Source of the DNA: Eledone cirrhosa
Lineage: Eukaryota
Reading direction: 5' to 3'
Length of the DNA: 64,000 nucleotides
NCBI GenBank assembly: GCA_964016885.1
Contig: OZ024741.1
Span: 208,196,001-208,260,000, forward strand
The position numbers and the translations under genes are program-made. Below, piece after piece: positions 25,689-39,323 of the stretch; the stretch's first letter is position 1, and each line of letters begins with the position of its first letter. Below the pieces are notes generated by a model, which saw only the letters and a list, made by a program, of their open reading frames with translations, did not search any database and had not been told where the DNA came from.

Positions 25689-26139
25689 TTCTTATATAAT
25701 AAGGTTACGTTCTCAAGGCAATCCAAACAGAAACGACAAGGGAACGGACAAGGAGTTTGTTCTTGAATCGCCTGCTCGCTCCCCTGTGGTCAACAATTCA
25801 CCTCCGCAAGTCTGCGCAGGCGCAAACGGAAGCTGACTATCCACTACTACACGAAACTCACCAAAAACTAGCCTACGCAGGTCCCCTCTCCCCTACCTCC
25901 AACCAAATTACCACCTCGTCCAGGTTGGTAATATGACACTGTTAAAGTATACTGCGATCTGCCTTGCCAGTGGCAGCTAACCGAAATCTAGTGGTGGTGG
26001 CAGAGTATGAGTTTCAATAGGCCTGGACAATATGAGAATATAAACTTATTTGTAGATATTTTTATTTTTTATTTAGTACATAATGTATTAAATTTTTAAA
26101 ATGTTATTCAAAAGATTTTCTTAATTATAGCAATGGTAC

Positions 26140-26590
26140 GTGATGGGGCCCATCCACAGCCCCAGCGGACAGAATGGAGGAGGCGTTTCCCCGGAGGTCG
26201 GCAAGGAAGAAGCGCTGGAAAAGTCACTCCAACTCGCGGGGCTCACACCTGCGGCTGGCCAGCTCAGCGCCTATGGTGGTGAGTAAGGAGGTAGCCCTGG
26301 GGCCGAGGACACCAGAACTCTCCACTTCCAGGGGTACGACCGCAAACCTGTCGGAAAGCGACCGGTATTTGAGGAGTTTGGCCCCATCAGCCCGACGTGC
26401 AGTAGAACCTCGGTCAGTCGCAGACTGCACCAGGTTGCGGCTGCAGAAAGTGTCGGCTGCAGAAAGTGTCGATGGGTTTGCCACCGCGGAACGGGAAGAT
26501 GGTCATGCCATCTGGCCCTTTGCCGTCCCCTCGATCCAGCCCCACCGGCTCGAGCTGGGAAGGGAAGCCTGCAGCGTCCAAGCCATGATA
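26140..26590 (-). mobile_element. 3' fragment of a CRE-like non-LTR retrotransposon (RLE domain)
   Basis: Minus: DGKGPDGMTIFPF...DTFCSRNL...AKLLKYRSLSDRFAVVPLEVESSGVLGP. Homologous to 9866-10150. Confidence 0.7.
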
Positions 26591-27006
26591 TTATGGTTTC
26601 ACAGTGGAAATTAAAAATTAAACGTTAAAAACGTGATTGAAGTGAATAAAAATATATATATAAAGAGTAAATAGGGAGATGTTTATAATAAAGTAAGAAG
26701 TTTAGAAAAGGGGGTCAATATTGGATATTTAAGATATATTATCAATATATTATTAATATTAGTACCGTATAGTCGAACAGAAAATAAATTAAGGTATGAA
26801 ACGTAGTAATTAGGTAAACAATTAGTTAATATCTTCTTCTACCATATGAATCAAAACAAAACCAAAAGAAAAGGTACATAGATGCAAATGAGAGAGGAAA
26901 CATGTATGAGAAAAAATATGAGAAAAAAAAAAAATATATATATATATATATATAACAAATAAAATAACAGGAGGCTGGACTGGTATAAATCCTTGAAAAG
27001 TTTATT

Positions 27007-27064
27007 ATACTATGATCATTTCAATGACCGGGTTCCGTATGAATCCGGTGATATCATCAGGTAT
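27007..27064 (-). ncRNA. Type I hammerhead motif
   Basis: Minus: ATAC-CTGATGA-tatcaccggattc atacg gaacccggtcatt-GAAA-TGATCA-TA-GTAT, then AATAAA (27001-27006). Confidence 0.75.
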
Positions 27065-28318
27065 TCGAAATATTACAAAGGAATATATAAAAACCATGGG
27101 TCCGAAAATCAGAGAGGACGACTGACCAGCTAGCTGCTTACACCCCGGTCAGTCGCCTTCAAGTGATGGCAATTCGGTCTACTAATGACCATCTGGTGAG
27201 GGGGCGAAGGCTTATAATGTTCTGCCACCTCTCCGGCAGAGAATAAAAAAAGAAAGAAAGAAAGAAGAAAAGTCAGCGTAAGGGTCACACTACAGTCATG
27301 CTAGAGGACGCCGCGAAAAATGTTATTCCAAAGAACCCATATTTTAACAAATGCATATATAAGGGTGCCTGTATGGTCTAATGTGTGAACAGAAAATTGG
27401 AACGTTAACTTATGCTAAGAGTTATAGGATGAAATTAAATTATTAGAAAATTAATAGAAAATTAATGGTTTGTGTTGCTAGATTTATTTAATGAAATTAC
27501 AGTGAGAGTCTTATATGAAAAAGTTTAAGTGTATTATAGGGAATCTCGATAAGTTATCAAGGGGAGATATAGAGTAAAGATAAAAGCCTTCGATTGTAAA
27601 TCCCAGCCAGCACCTCCTTCTAGCGAAATAAATGGAAATTTATTTTTCCGAGTACTCTAGGAACGTAGCTGCGATAGGCTCCGGGTGTGCTAGCGGGAAG
27701 TCAACCAGCTTCTACAGGCCATCGTCTATACCAAACGAATACTATTAATTCACACAGGAGGGGTTTATTTACGTGCCAGCAGAGGAAGGCATGATACAGC
27801 TAACAGTTATGCCTAAGCCTAGAGTTGGCAGTATCGGGAGAGGGTCGGACGCTATGAGTATAATGTGGCGGTCAAAACTGGTGGTGCAGCGGGCACCGGG
27901 GCAAATCGATCCGCTCCGAGTAGTTTCGTTTACCGAAAGAGGGGAAATTTATTTTTCCAAGCACTCAAGGAAGGCTGAACAATCAAGCATCCTATACATA
28001 GGAAGCCTGACTTAAATTACCTGATTGCAGTTTGATTCAGTTTCTGAACTGAATAGATGATATGGCCATCATTACCAGAAGAGTTCGTCATCAGAAGGGA
28101 TTCTGTAAGGTATAAGAAGAATATAAATACTCGTTGACGGAAAATTTGTCATCAATAATCGATCCAACAAGGTGCAATAAAAAAAATAAAAATAGTGCAC
28201 GCATGCGTAAATATTTGTACCTACGGACAAAAAGAGAGGCCTAAAATTCACTAGAAATAGCAATCAATCGGGCTGTCAATCAGTTCACCATATTTTAGGA
28301 CCAGTATTTATTAATATA

Positions 28319-28510
28319 GGGCGGTTGATTGGCAGTATCGGGAGAGGGTCGGACGCTATGTTTGCAGCAACGAGTTACGGCCCTTTATGGTCTGAGTTCA
28401 AATCCCGCCGAGGTTAACTTTGCCTTTCATCCATACGGGGTCGATAAAATAAAGTACCAGTAATATACTGGGATAATTGCTGGCCTTGTGCCTAAAGTAG
28501 AAACAATTAA
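28319..28510 (+). mobile_element. Full-length SINE copy
   Basis: ggcggttgattggcagtatcgg...ctgagttcaaatccc (B-box-like)...gcctttcatccatacggggtcgataaaataaagtaccag...ccttgtgcctaaagtagaaacaatt. Confidence 0.9.
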
Positions 28511-28599
28511 TATACATAATTAAATTTGTCACGAATATACATAACATCTCTTATTATTGCTTTCTAGCAGTCAGGCCGATCATCGACACAAACCGACCC

Positions 28600-31228
28600 T
28601 TGAAACAGCCATGTCCGTTAGGCCTGCTATGGTAATTTACTTGTCATGTTGAACCTCAGCATCAAAATACTGTCCATGATAATATGTCTGTCATTAGCTG
28701 AGAAAATCAAGAGTATAAACAATTGAAATATACCGTCAACGAAACTTACCAGAGAGAAATTAATTCATATATAAATATTTATCTCGCAGAACGACATAAA
28801 ACAACGATATTAAACGAGAAACCAAATAATGAAGTTTCTGTGTGCTCTTGACGAAATTGGAGGTGAGTATTTATGACAAATTGAATCTCCTAAATTTTGG
28901 TCAATCAACGTCTGCCTATATGCCCTGGCAAACGACAGGGAAAACATTATCTTGGTGATAATATAGATGTTAACAGAAACAAGGCACCACAAAAAATTCT
29001 GGCCTACAGAAAACTATGGGATATATGACTGTTTTCCACATGCAAACAAAAGCAAAACATAACTTCAGTCCTTACCAACAAAGAGTGAAAAGTAAAATAA
29101 GAATGATGTTTGGAGACAGTAGAACCAGAACTCAAAAGAGAATTCAGAGCTGTCATCGAGAAACTTCGACATTAGAAGATGGTAGATGAAAGAAAAACAA
29201 ATAATTAAAGATTCAACCGAAATCAAACATTTGGATCCAAGCGCAGAAGCCCATCTATTGAACAAGTCTGTTTACAAGAGACATAACATCATGAGAATTA
29301 GGACAGAGTTCCTTGAGAAATACTCCCTGCATGAAAACCAAAAATTCACACAAATCAATATCACTGAGGACCCATCCCAGAAGGACATAGATCTCTTTTG
29401 AAGAAAAATATGAGATGCAGGAAAGAAATTCAACCAAGATGCAGTGTCGCCGAAAGATATCCAAACGAACTACTGCAAAAACAAAACTATACTACAACAA
29501 AAACATACAACATCAATAATGATACCCTTGAGACTGTGATTGGAAAACTCCAAGATAAGAAAACATCAAGAAAAGGCTTGATGGTTAGCTACGGGTACAA
29601 AAAACTGATATTCTATCGGATTTATATTATCCACCTCTGCCAGCAAGCTCTTAAGGGAGATGCACTTATACTAGGGTGGTTGACATTAGCAAAATATTGG
29701 GTTCCACGAACAAAAACACCCAATTGGCAATAAACTACTGACCCATTGCATGCCAGAACCTAATGTATAAAATGTATACAGCCTAACCACCATGACATAG
29801 GTGAAACATGTCTACAGTCTGTCTGGACTACAGGAGAGCATTCGATTCTGTTCCCCACTCTTGGATGATTAATTTCTAGAGACCATTATCAGAGCCATAG
29901 AGACGTAATCTTCTTGGGCTTCTATCATAAAGATAAATACAGAGGAGGACTCTGTTTTCACTGATCAAATAAAATATCGAATGGGTATATTTCTCTGTGA
30001 TACTATTTATACTGTTATTAAACTCCTTGTCCTTTCTGCTCAAGAAATAAAAAGGATACATAATTGGTTAAAAGGGGAACAGGAAAACAAACCTACCCCA
30101 TAACTTGGGGCGGGGGGACATGAAATTCTATGCCAAGAATATAAAAGGGATGAAGAAAAACTTTGACATAGTTACAACGTTTTCGGAAGATATAGGAATG
30201 GACTTTGGTTAGGATAAATGTTCATATATGATTGTAAAGCATGGAAAACTACAAGCCAGTCTAGCAACATTTCTATCAATAGTTTAACTGTTTCACCGAT
30301 ACCTGACGATGACTGCTACATGCACTTAGGGATTGATGAAAATGTATCCGATGATGGTATTTGTATCACCGAATGCGTAACAAGAGAATAAAACACCCGA
30401 ATAAGAAAAATATGGTCATCGGAACTCTCTGCGTACAATAAATCGGAGGTTCATAATGTATTTCCTGTACCTGTCCTGACACCAATATTTTGAATACGCG
30501 ATTGGACGATAGACGAAACCCGAGCAATTGATGTTAAAACTCGAAAAATTCTAAAAAACACCGTAAACTTCTACATCAACAGTGACATAGACCGCCTCTA
30601 CTTGAAACGTAAGCTTGGAGACAGAAGCCTAACATCAGTCCTGACAGCATTTGAGTGTCGCATCATATCCTTCCGACAGCATCCAAGCAAAGGAGACCTT
30701 CTATTAAACAAGTCTGTCTACAAGAGACATATAACATCATGAGAGTTGGGATGGAGTTCCTTGAGAAATACTCCCTGCATGAAAACCAAACATTCACACC
30801 CATGGAAATTGCACAACAATACCGTAATGAATCGGATGAAAACCTACATGCTTATCAGCAAAACAAAGTTAGGAAGTTGCAAGTACAGTCTATTAATGTG
30901 AGGGGGGTTAAACCAACATCTGTTGATTCTTAAAGGAGCATAAATTACTTATGGTGCCTTTCTCGCACCCTATCACATAAATAAAATTTTACGCTAATTA
31001 AATTTTGTATATTCAAATGAAGTTCAGATATAAAAAAAATAAGCTTCAAAATAATTTATTATATCAAATAAATAAAAATAAAATATAGACGTTTGAAAAA
31101 GTGGTGGTGGTGTGTGTGTGTGGGGTGGGGGGTGTCCCCTGGTACCCCCTGAAAAAAGTTCCTTGTACACGTGCATGCATATAACTCAAAACATGCAGAT
31201 CCAAACACAATAACATCCATAACTGCAT

Positions 31229-31268
<40 letters not shown>

Positions 31269-32150
31269 ATTTTCCTAGGTTATGTTGTCTAAATTCCAAT
31301 GAAGGAGTCTTTGTTAGAAACCGGGTCTCTATTGGGGAAATTTATAAAATGATAAATCCAGAACATACATACATTTATACATACATACATACAAGTTTAT
31401 GACATCACACCTTGAGGGATATCTCTATGCAATGCAGGAACAAGAACTCCCTACCAAATATTTGCTGCACAAAAGGGGAGGGCCATCAGCTGACAATAAA
31501 TGTAGGCTATGTAAAACAAAGATCGAGGATGTAAGCCACATTGGTGCCAGCTGCGAAAGAATGTCATCTCGCTACTACCTCCCCATTAGACACGATGGGA
31601 TAGCTAGAACCATCTGGAAAGCACTTCGGAAAACAAAATTAACAACAAACGAGGAAGAATATATTGAGACAGATGGCACTAAGGAATATTGGTGGAACCT
31701 GAAAATAAAAACTGCCACCAAATTAAAGCACAACCGGCCTGATATTGTTGTTTGGGACCACACATTGAAAACGTGTTCTGATGTGGAGATCAGCTGCCCA
31801 CTTGATGTAAACGTTGTCAGAAAAATACAGGAGAAGGAGGACATCTACGGACCATTGATGAGGAGTTTACAATTCCAGTATCCAAGATACACCTTTAGCT
31901 TCATACCCATCATTATTGGAGCTACGTGTTATATACCAACCCGTTTGGACCAAAGTATAACTGAACTTGGATTTGCGGACAAAGAGCGCAGCTCCCTAAT
32001 TCATAGTCTACAAATGGTTGCGATAGCTGGCACCTTCAAAATTTGCAAAACATTCTTGCGATTCAAGGGATGACAATTTCTTTTCTTTTACAACCTTGCC
32101 ACCAGGAAGGTGGCCGATCAAAAAAATATACTCGAAATTAAGAGAAAGAG
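28600..32150 (+). mobile_element. Old R4/Dong-like RLE non-LTR retrotransposon (family C), heavily disrupted and interrupted at ~30870-31390
   Basis: Fragments FWSINVCLYALA, GMDFG*DKC and SDIDRLYLKR. ORF 31399-32073 has EGYLYAMQEQ, CRLC..ED..H....C and NRPDIVV...VEISCP. The 5' boundary is approximate. Confidence 0.8.
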
Positions 32151-33432
32151 ATAACATACAGCTATATATACATACATACAAGTTCGTGTGTGTTCACACA
32201 TGAACCTCAAAGTCGCACCTTAAATGTTTAAAACAATAAATTTTGTATGGAAACTTTTACATCTGTAGTTGTTTGTCAGCATGCGTGTTTGTGTGTGCGT
32301 CTCTCTCTCTCTCTCTCTCTCTCGTGTGTACATGCCTTTCTTTCTTTTCTTTCTATCTATATATGTGAAATACAACAATAAAATGTGTGTGAAACGCTGG
32401 AGATTTCGGTAAAATTGCCAGTCATTGTTGTTAGAATCGTTTATAAATCGGTAAAACGAAGACGAATCAGAAAGGGTCATTGAACTTAATCTGTCCAAGA
32501 CATAAGTGTTGTTGTTCCTTCTTTCTTTTATTTCTATGTTGTTTTGTTTTTTTCTCAAGTTAGAAGACATACACAGGACCGCCATTGACAACCGTATCTT
32601 GTGCTGTCTAACGAATGCTGTTAATGGGAAGGATAAGTGAAGTTGTCTTGTGATTCCCCCTTCTTTTCTACGATTATGGGGCTTTTAGTAATGTTTTAGA
32701 GCTAAATGGATCGTTTGATAAAAATAAATGGGGTGAGACAGAGAGAGTGGGGTTATCAAATGGAAACAATCGAGTTTTTCCAGAAGATTCTAGGAGCAGT
32801 TGTTGTTGATGTTATTGTTTATATTTTAATGTTCAGAACTCAACTCTTTGTTTATTCATTGTATGAACTCTGTACTTAGATGAGAGATATAAGCAAACAC
32901 ACACATACACTCACACACTCACACACACAAGTACAAAAACAATCACACACACTCACATGCACACACACACATACACACACACACACATAAACACACAAAC
33001 ACACACGCATATATATATATATGGGCGTGGGTGAGTGAGCGTGTGTGTTTAGGGTTAACTCTTTGATCAAAAGTACGATTATCATGATTACCGCTATTTT
33101 TTTCTTTCATTAAAATATAGTTCTTATGCCTAAACATATATATACAAATATTTGACCACAGACGCCATGGTTTAGCCGAGTTTTTGTGCAGTAAATTTTT
33201 TATTGATATGTTAATTGCTTATTCAATCAATTCTATTCTGATGTTCATTAGGCATAAAGACCTCTATAGAAGTTTTGTTAAACTCAATATTAAACATGTT
33301 TACATCTTTTTTATGTTTTTCTGTGTTGTTGTTGTTGTTGGCGTTATTTTCTCCTCCTCTTCCTCGCCCTCCGCCTCCTCCTCATCATCATCGTCGTCGT
33401 CATCATCATCATCATCATTATTATTATTATTA

Positions 33433-34050
33433 TTGGTGGATTGGCAGTATCGGTAGAGGGTCGGACGCCATGCTTTCCAGCATAGTTACGTCCCTTTACG
33501 ATCTGAGTTCAAATCCCACCTAGGTTGACTTTGCCTTTCATCCTTACGCGGTCGATAAAATAAAGTACCAGTAATGCACTGAGTTTTTGCTGGCATTGAG
33601 TCTAAAGTAGAAAAAATTATTATTATTTAAAGTACCAGTAATGTACTGGATAATTGCTGGCCTTGTGCCAAAAGTAGAAACAATTATTATTATTATTATT
33701 GTTCTTTGTAATGGCGGTGGATTGGCAGTATCGGTAGAGAGTCGGACGCCATGCTTTCCAGCATAGTTACGTCCCCTTACGATCTGAGTTCAAATCCCGC
33801 CGAGGTTGACTTTGCCTTTCATCCTTACGGGGTCGATAAAATAAAGTACCAGTAATGCACTGGGTAATTGCTGGCCTTGTGCCTAAAGTAGAAACAATTA
33901 TTATTATTGTTCTTTGAGTCTCAGTCATTGATGTTATTCAAATCCCGCCGAGGTTGACTTTGCCTTTCATCCTTACGGGGTCAATAAACTTAAGTACCAG
34001 TAATGCACTGGGTAATTGCTGTACTTGTGACTAAAGTAGAAACAGTTATT
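33433..34050 (+). mobile_element. Stack of four SINE copies/fragments (33433-33616, ~33627-33683, 33712-33897, 33939-34044) with (ATT)n tails
   Basis: The unit attggcagtatcggtagag.gtcggacgcc...gcctttcatccttacg.ggtcgataaa...aaagtagaaa.aattatt is repeated. Confidence 0.9.
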
Positions 34051-37000
34051 TAATTGGAAAGTTTATTGAAATGAATATCAAGCCGCTACCTGCAGCCTCA
34101 GACATTCAGAACGTATCGGAGGGTTCTTGCTGTTCCCAGCAAGCATGCCTTTTGAGGTGTTCTAAACAGCGGGGCTGGACTAATCTTCTTTAACCATCCT
34201 TGGAAACTCTGTGAGATAGTACGTAATGCTCCTATGACAATCGAGACGACTCTGACTTCATGGCAGTTCCAAATCCTTTTTAACTCCCACTTTAAGTCCT
34301 GATATCGGTTAATTTTCTCCCTCTCCATCTCTTGCACTCTCGTGTCAAATGGGCAGGATACATCTACAATCAGGCACGATCTTTTTTCCTTGTATAAAAC
34401 CACCAGGTCAGGCCTATTGTGTTCTAACTTCTTGTCCATCTGTATCCTAAAATCCCATAGCACCTTCACCTGATCGTTGTCTATCACCGACTCTGGCTTA
34501 TGCTCATACCACTTCTCAGAATGTGGTAAATTGTTTAATTTGCATAGATGCCAGTAGATCACCTTGCCTATCAGATCATGTCTCCAACCTTTATAGTGAG
34601 TCTGGGCTAGGTGTTTACACTCGGATACAATGTGAGCCACAATCTCCTCTCTCTCCCAACAGATCCTACACAGTGAGCTAGCCTCCTCCTTGTCAATATG
34701 GTGTTTCACCCACCTCCTTCTGAGGGCTTGCTCTTGCGCAGCCATTAACATTCCTTCTGTAGCTTTTTTAAGGTCTCCTCTTTTTAACTAGTTCCATGGC
34801 TTTGGATCTCTAAATTCCGTTTTTCTAATGAAGGTGCTATGAAGGGATTTTCATGAAGGTTGCTCTTTCTCCTTGCGGTTATTTCCTCCCTGGACATCCC
34901 TTGGTCTATTGTCCTCTCCTTCAGTACAATTCTGAGCATTGGCTCCCTACTATCAGTCACGTATTTGTGTAGGTTTTTTTTCTCCATCTGAACACCGTCC
35001 TCTATGCTGATAAGACCTCTTGCACATTCAGATCTCTTTAAGTAGAGTCTATCGACATCACTCCTCTTGTGGAACATGTTGTAGATAGTCATTAGCTTCC
35101 TAGTCTTCCTATCTATTTCTTTTTGTTCAGCAACATTCCATTTCAGAATTCCCGCACTGTACCTCATAATAGACACAGCTCGGGAATTTACTGCACTTAT
35201 GACATTCCTACTATTTAGATGTGATTTTAATACGTTCCTTACTCTCCTTATTTATTCAGATCTCATCATTTCCTTCAGTTTTTTTGTTCTTGATGTCATC
35301 AGCCTCCAGAACACCTAAATATTTGTATCCCTCTTCAGTGTCAATTTCGTTTATCATCTCCCCTGTTGGTACCTGGATTCCGTTGCTTCTATTCAATTTA
35401 CCCCTCTTCATCACTAAGACTCCACACTTATTATTATATATATCATTGCTGAAAATACGGACAGTGTCAACAACTACATCCAACTCCTTCTCACTCTTCC
35501 CAAAGAGTTTAAGATCGTCCATGAAGAGGAGGTGGTTTGATGGTAAGCTCTACTCTTCCCAACTTTTATCCTGCTCTCACTTTTCGCAATATAACGGACA
35601 GGGGTATCAGGGCAAGGACAAACAGGAGAGGGAACAAACTATCTCCCTGGAAGATACTCTCTTGATCTTCATGCCTCCCAAGGATTCTCCACCTGATGTT
35701 AACTCTGTTTCCTAGGACTTCATACTTTTGCTCAACAACTGTTTGATGTTATCTGCCACTTTGAAGATCTCTAGGCTTTTGGTTATCCAAGAATCAGGTA
35801 CCATGTCGAATGCCTTTTTGTAGTCTCTCCATCCCATGGCAACACCTGTGTGCCTCCTCTTGCAATTCCTCACTACCATCTTATCAATAAGTAACTGATC
35901 TTTTGTACCACGGGACTTCTTTCGGCATCCTTTCTGTTCGTCCGGTAACAAGTTGTTTGTGTGGAGGTGATGGTAGATTTCCTCAGACACAATGCTTGTC
36001 AACAGTTTTCACATTACGGACAGACATGTGATATGTCTATAGTTGGTAACATCATTACCCTTGATTCGGTCTTTCATTACCAGAACTGTGGTACCTTTTG
36101 TCAACCACTCTGGTACTTCACCCGACATCAGGCAGTCATTGAACATGGTTGTCAGTTTCAGGTGGAGGGATGTTATATGTTTAATACAATACCCCTGCAC
36201 ACCATCTGGGCCTGGTGATTTCCAGTTGGTTTGTTTTTTGGCCTGCCCTTTAAGCGTTTCAACTGTGATACTCAAATCAGGTTGTTGGTGTGCTTGTTCA
36301 CTAATCTCCTTTTGAACTGTCTCAATCCACACTGCCTGACTATTATGTTCAACATCCTGCTCCCATCTTCCTCTCCAGAATGTCTTAGTCTGTTCCACCT
36401 CAGGGATCACGTCGTTGCCTCTTTCTTTCCTTTCAAGCTGTCCAAACAACATCTTCTGGCTGTTGTCAAACATGCGGTTATGTCTATACTGACTAACTCT
36501 TTTCTCATACCGCCTAATCTTTGCACTTTTTGCCACAATGCGTTGCTTCAGTTCCTCTAGTTTTGTATTTTATTTTCAATCTATCTTTAGTATCTATGTT
36601 TTGTAATGTCCCATTCAGTAAGACTCAAGCTTTCCAATGTCTTTTCTCATTTCCTTGATTTGACCATTCAGTCGTTTCTTCCACCAAGGTACTGATCTTT
36701 CTTGTTTGTTGTTTCCTCTCATTCTTATGCCAAGTAATTTACTCACCGCATTTGCGGTTGCTTTGAGGATATTATTGCATTGGTGAAGGTTCCTCGCCTT
36801 AAGGTATGGGATGACTTTGTTTACCTTAGCTGTTGTTTCTTTTAACTTTTTCCTGTCTACAAGTTTTAGGTTCACAGATTTTCCGCTATCATTGTTCATT
36901 TCATCTACCACTAAGTTCAGGATATCAACCAAATCTTGCCCTAGCCCGTCAGCATTCATTTTTTCAATGGCCATATCTTTGTTCCAGATGTTATATATTT

Positions 37001-37550
37001 CAGCATTCAGATCATTGTCGGCTTCGGATGCTTCCTCAAGTCTTCACCTTCATTTCCCCCTGACTCGTTAGCCTGATATACTCCACTCTCCATTTCCGAC
37101 TTAATCTCTCTGCTCAGTTTCTCCAGTTCCAACTCGCTTATCCATCCATTAGTTCTTATTACCCGAGCCTGTCCGGCCAATTTTTGTTCATCTAATTTAA
37201 ATAGACCAATCTCGTTCCAGATGTTATGCATCCGTTTCCTATAGCCTTTTTCCTTGGGGTTACTCTTCAGGTTACATTCCATGACAGTTCTATTCAATTC
37301 TTTCGTCCAGTTGGTTCTTGTCCCATTCCTTCTTCTCCCTCCAGCACCAACAGTATTTGGATGACAGCCAGGTCCCTGCTGCTGGGCCAGGGAGCACTTG
37401 CTGGGTGAGAGTCTTTCACATGACGTTCCAGTCTCCTTTTCACCGTTATTCGAACTGTTTAGGTTCGACATTTAAACACTCATATCGAGGATTGGTGAAT
37501 GTATGGTTACATAACCACCGATTTTAGCGTGGCACCATCACGTTATAGAC
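33909..37550 (-). mobile_element. Near full-length R4/Dong-like retrotransposon, family A, frameshifted (ORF from 37471 to 34098)
   Basis: Collinear pieces [57 protein letters not shown]...H....C and NRPDLVV...VDVSCPFD. 3' UTR followed by a sense (AAT)n tail. Confidence 0.9.
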
Positions 37551-37835
37551 GAAAATAAATAAATAAATAAATAATAAAAACATAAAAATATATACATAAG
37601 TTTCATTGTAATGTTTAAATATTTTTTTTCCCTTTTGTTTTTCAAAGCCAGTAACATCGGTTCCTAGTGTTGTTGTTGCTGCTGCTGTTTTTGATTTTAG
37701 CTACGCTAAGCTCGTACTCATAGCAACGAGGGAGGTAGGGGGTGTTGCGTTCAAAACTTTTGAAATTTGTTTTTCTTTTGATGTTGCGTTTGTTTTTGTC
37801 TGTGTTCTGTTCTGTAATTTTTCGACTTGTTGCTT

Positions 37836-38022
37836 ATTGGCAGTATTGGTAGAGAGTCAGATGCCATGCTTTGACGCATAGAGTTATGGCCATTGCCATT
37901 CGGAGTTCAAATCCAGCCGAGGTTAACTTTGCCTTTCATCCTTACGGGGTCGATAAAATAAAGTACCAGTAATACACTGGGATAATTGCTGGCCTTGTGT
38001 CAAAAGTAGAAACAATTATTAT
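37836..38022 (+). mobile_element. SINE copy
   Basis: attggcagtattggtagagagtcag...gcctttcatccttacggggtcgataaa...ccttgtgtcaaaagtagaaacaattattatt. Confidence 0.9.
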
Positions 38023-38029
38023 TTGACAT

Positions 38030-38550
38030 CGTTTAAACTAAACATTTTGAGAGAGTTTAGAGATACAACGACAATAATTATTATTATGGTGTTGTTGTTG
38101 GCTATGTTTGACCGGGTCACTAAATCAGTCTATTTATATCTTTTGGTAGCTATCTCCTTTCTAGGCACTACTACTACCTTCCCCCTCCAGGAGGTAGTGA
38201 GGGAATAGTGGTGGTAGCGATAATGGAGTGGTGACGGTGGTGATGAGGTAGTAGTACTGTAGTGATTGTGTTGTTGCTGCTGTTTGTTTGTCTCTAGCTA
38301 AATTTTGTGGTAGTGGTGGTGGCGGTGTTGGAGGTGAAATTATTTGGCTGTTGTTTTCTTCCATTTGTCACCATTTGTAACCATTTTTTTTTTGGACTAT
38401 AAAATTTCTGATACAAAATTAAATATTTGAGCCATATGCCAGAGTCTTATGTGGTGTCATTTCTTGAGAGCGAAGACTGATGGCTTATATACCATTTGTA
38501 ATAAGAATTATTCTATCACAATTGTTTTAGATGTGTAAAATATCAAAAAT
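38030..38550. repeat. Diverged duplicated block, homologous to ~63080-63760
   Basis: Shared ggtcactaa.tca.tctatttatat, gggaatagtggtggtagc, tacaaaatt.aatatttgagc and catttgta.taagaatt...cacaattg. Confidence 0.75.
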
Positions 38551-38590
38551 TATTATTATTATTATTATCATCATTATTATTATTATTATT

Positions 38591-39281
38591 GTTCTTTGAG
38601 TCTCAGTCATTGATGTTATTTAACTGGAAAGTTTGTTGAAATGAATATCAAGCCGCTACCTGCAGCCTCAGATATTCAGGACGTATCGGAGGGTTCTTGC
38701 TGTTCCAGCAAGCATGCCTTTTGAAGTGTTCCAAAAAATGGTGCTGGACTAATCTGCTTTAACTATCCTTGGAAACTCTTTGAGATAGTACCTAGTGCGC
38801 CTATGACAATCGGGACGACCTTGATCTCATGGCAGTTCCAAATCATTTTTAACTCCCACTTTAAGTCCTGGTATCGGTTAATTTTCTCCCTCTCCTTTTC
38901 TTGCACTCTCGTGTCAAATGGGCAGGCTACATCTACAATCAGGCGCGATCTTTTTTTCCTTTTACAAAACCACCAGGTCAGGCCTATTGTGTTCTAATTT
39001 CTTGTCCGTCTGTATCCTAAAATCCCATAGCACCTTCACCTGATCATTTTCTATCACCGACTCTGGCTTATGCTTATACCACTTCTCAGAATGTGGTAAA
39101 TTGTTTACTTTGCATAGATGCCAGTAGATCGCCCTGCCAATCACATCATGTCTCCAGCCTTTATAGTGCGTCTGGGCTAAGTGTTTACACTCAGATACAA
39201 TGTGAGCCACAGTCTCCTCTCTCCATAGATCCTACACAGTGAGCTAGCCTCCTCATTGTAAATATGGTGTTTCACCCACTT
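38591..39281 (-). mobile_element. 5'-truncated R4/Dong-like copy, family A (CCHC + RLE + 3' UTR)
   Basis: AHIVSECKHLAQTHYKGWRHD...NRPDLVV. Bounded by (ATT)n on both sides. Confidence 0.9.
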
Positions 39282-39323
39282 TATTATTATTATTATTAGG
39301 TTTATTATTATTATTATTATTAT

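Noticed and set aside
28319-28420. tRNA gene
   Set aside because: B-box-like gttcaaatccc is present but there is no cloverleaf; it is the SINE head.
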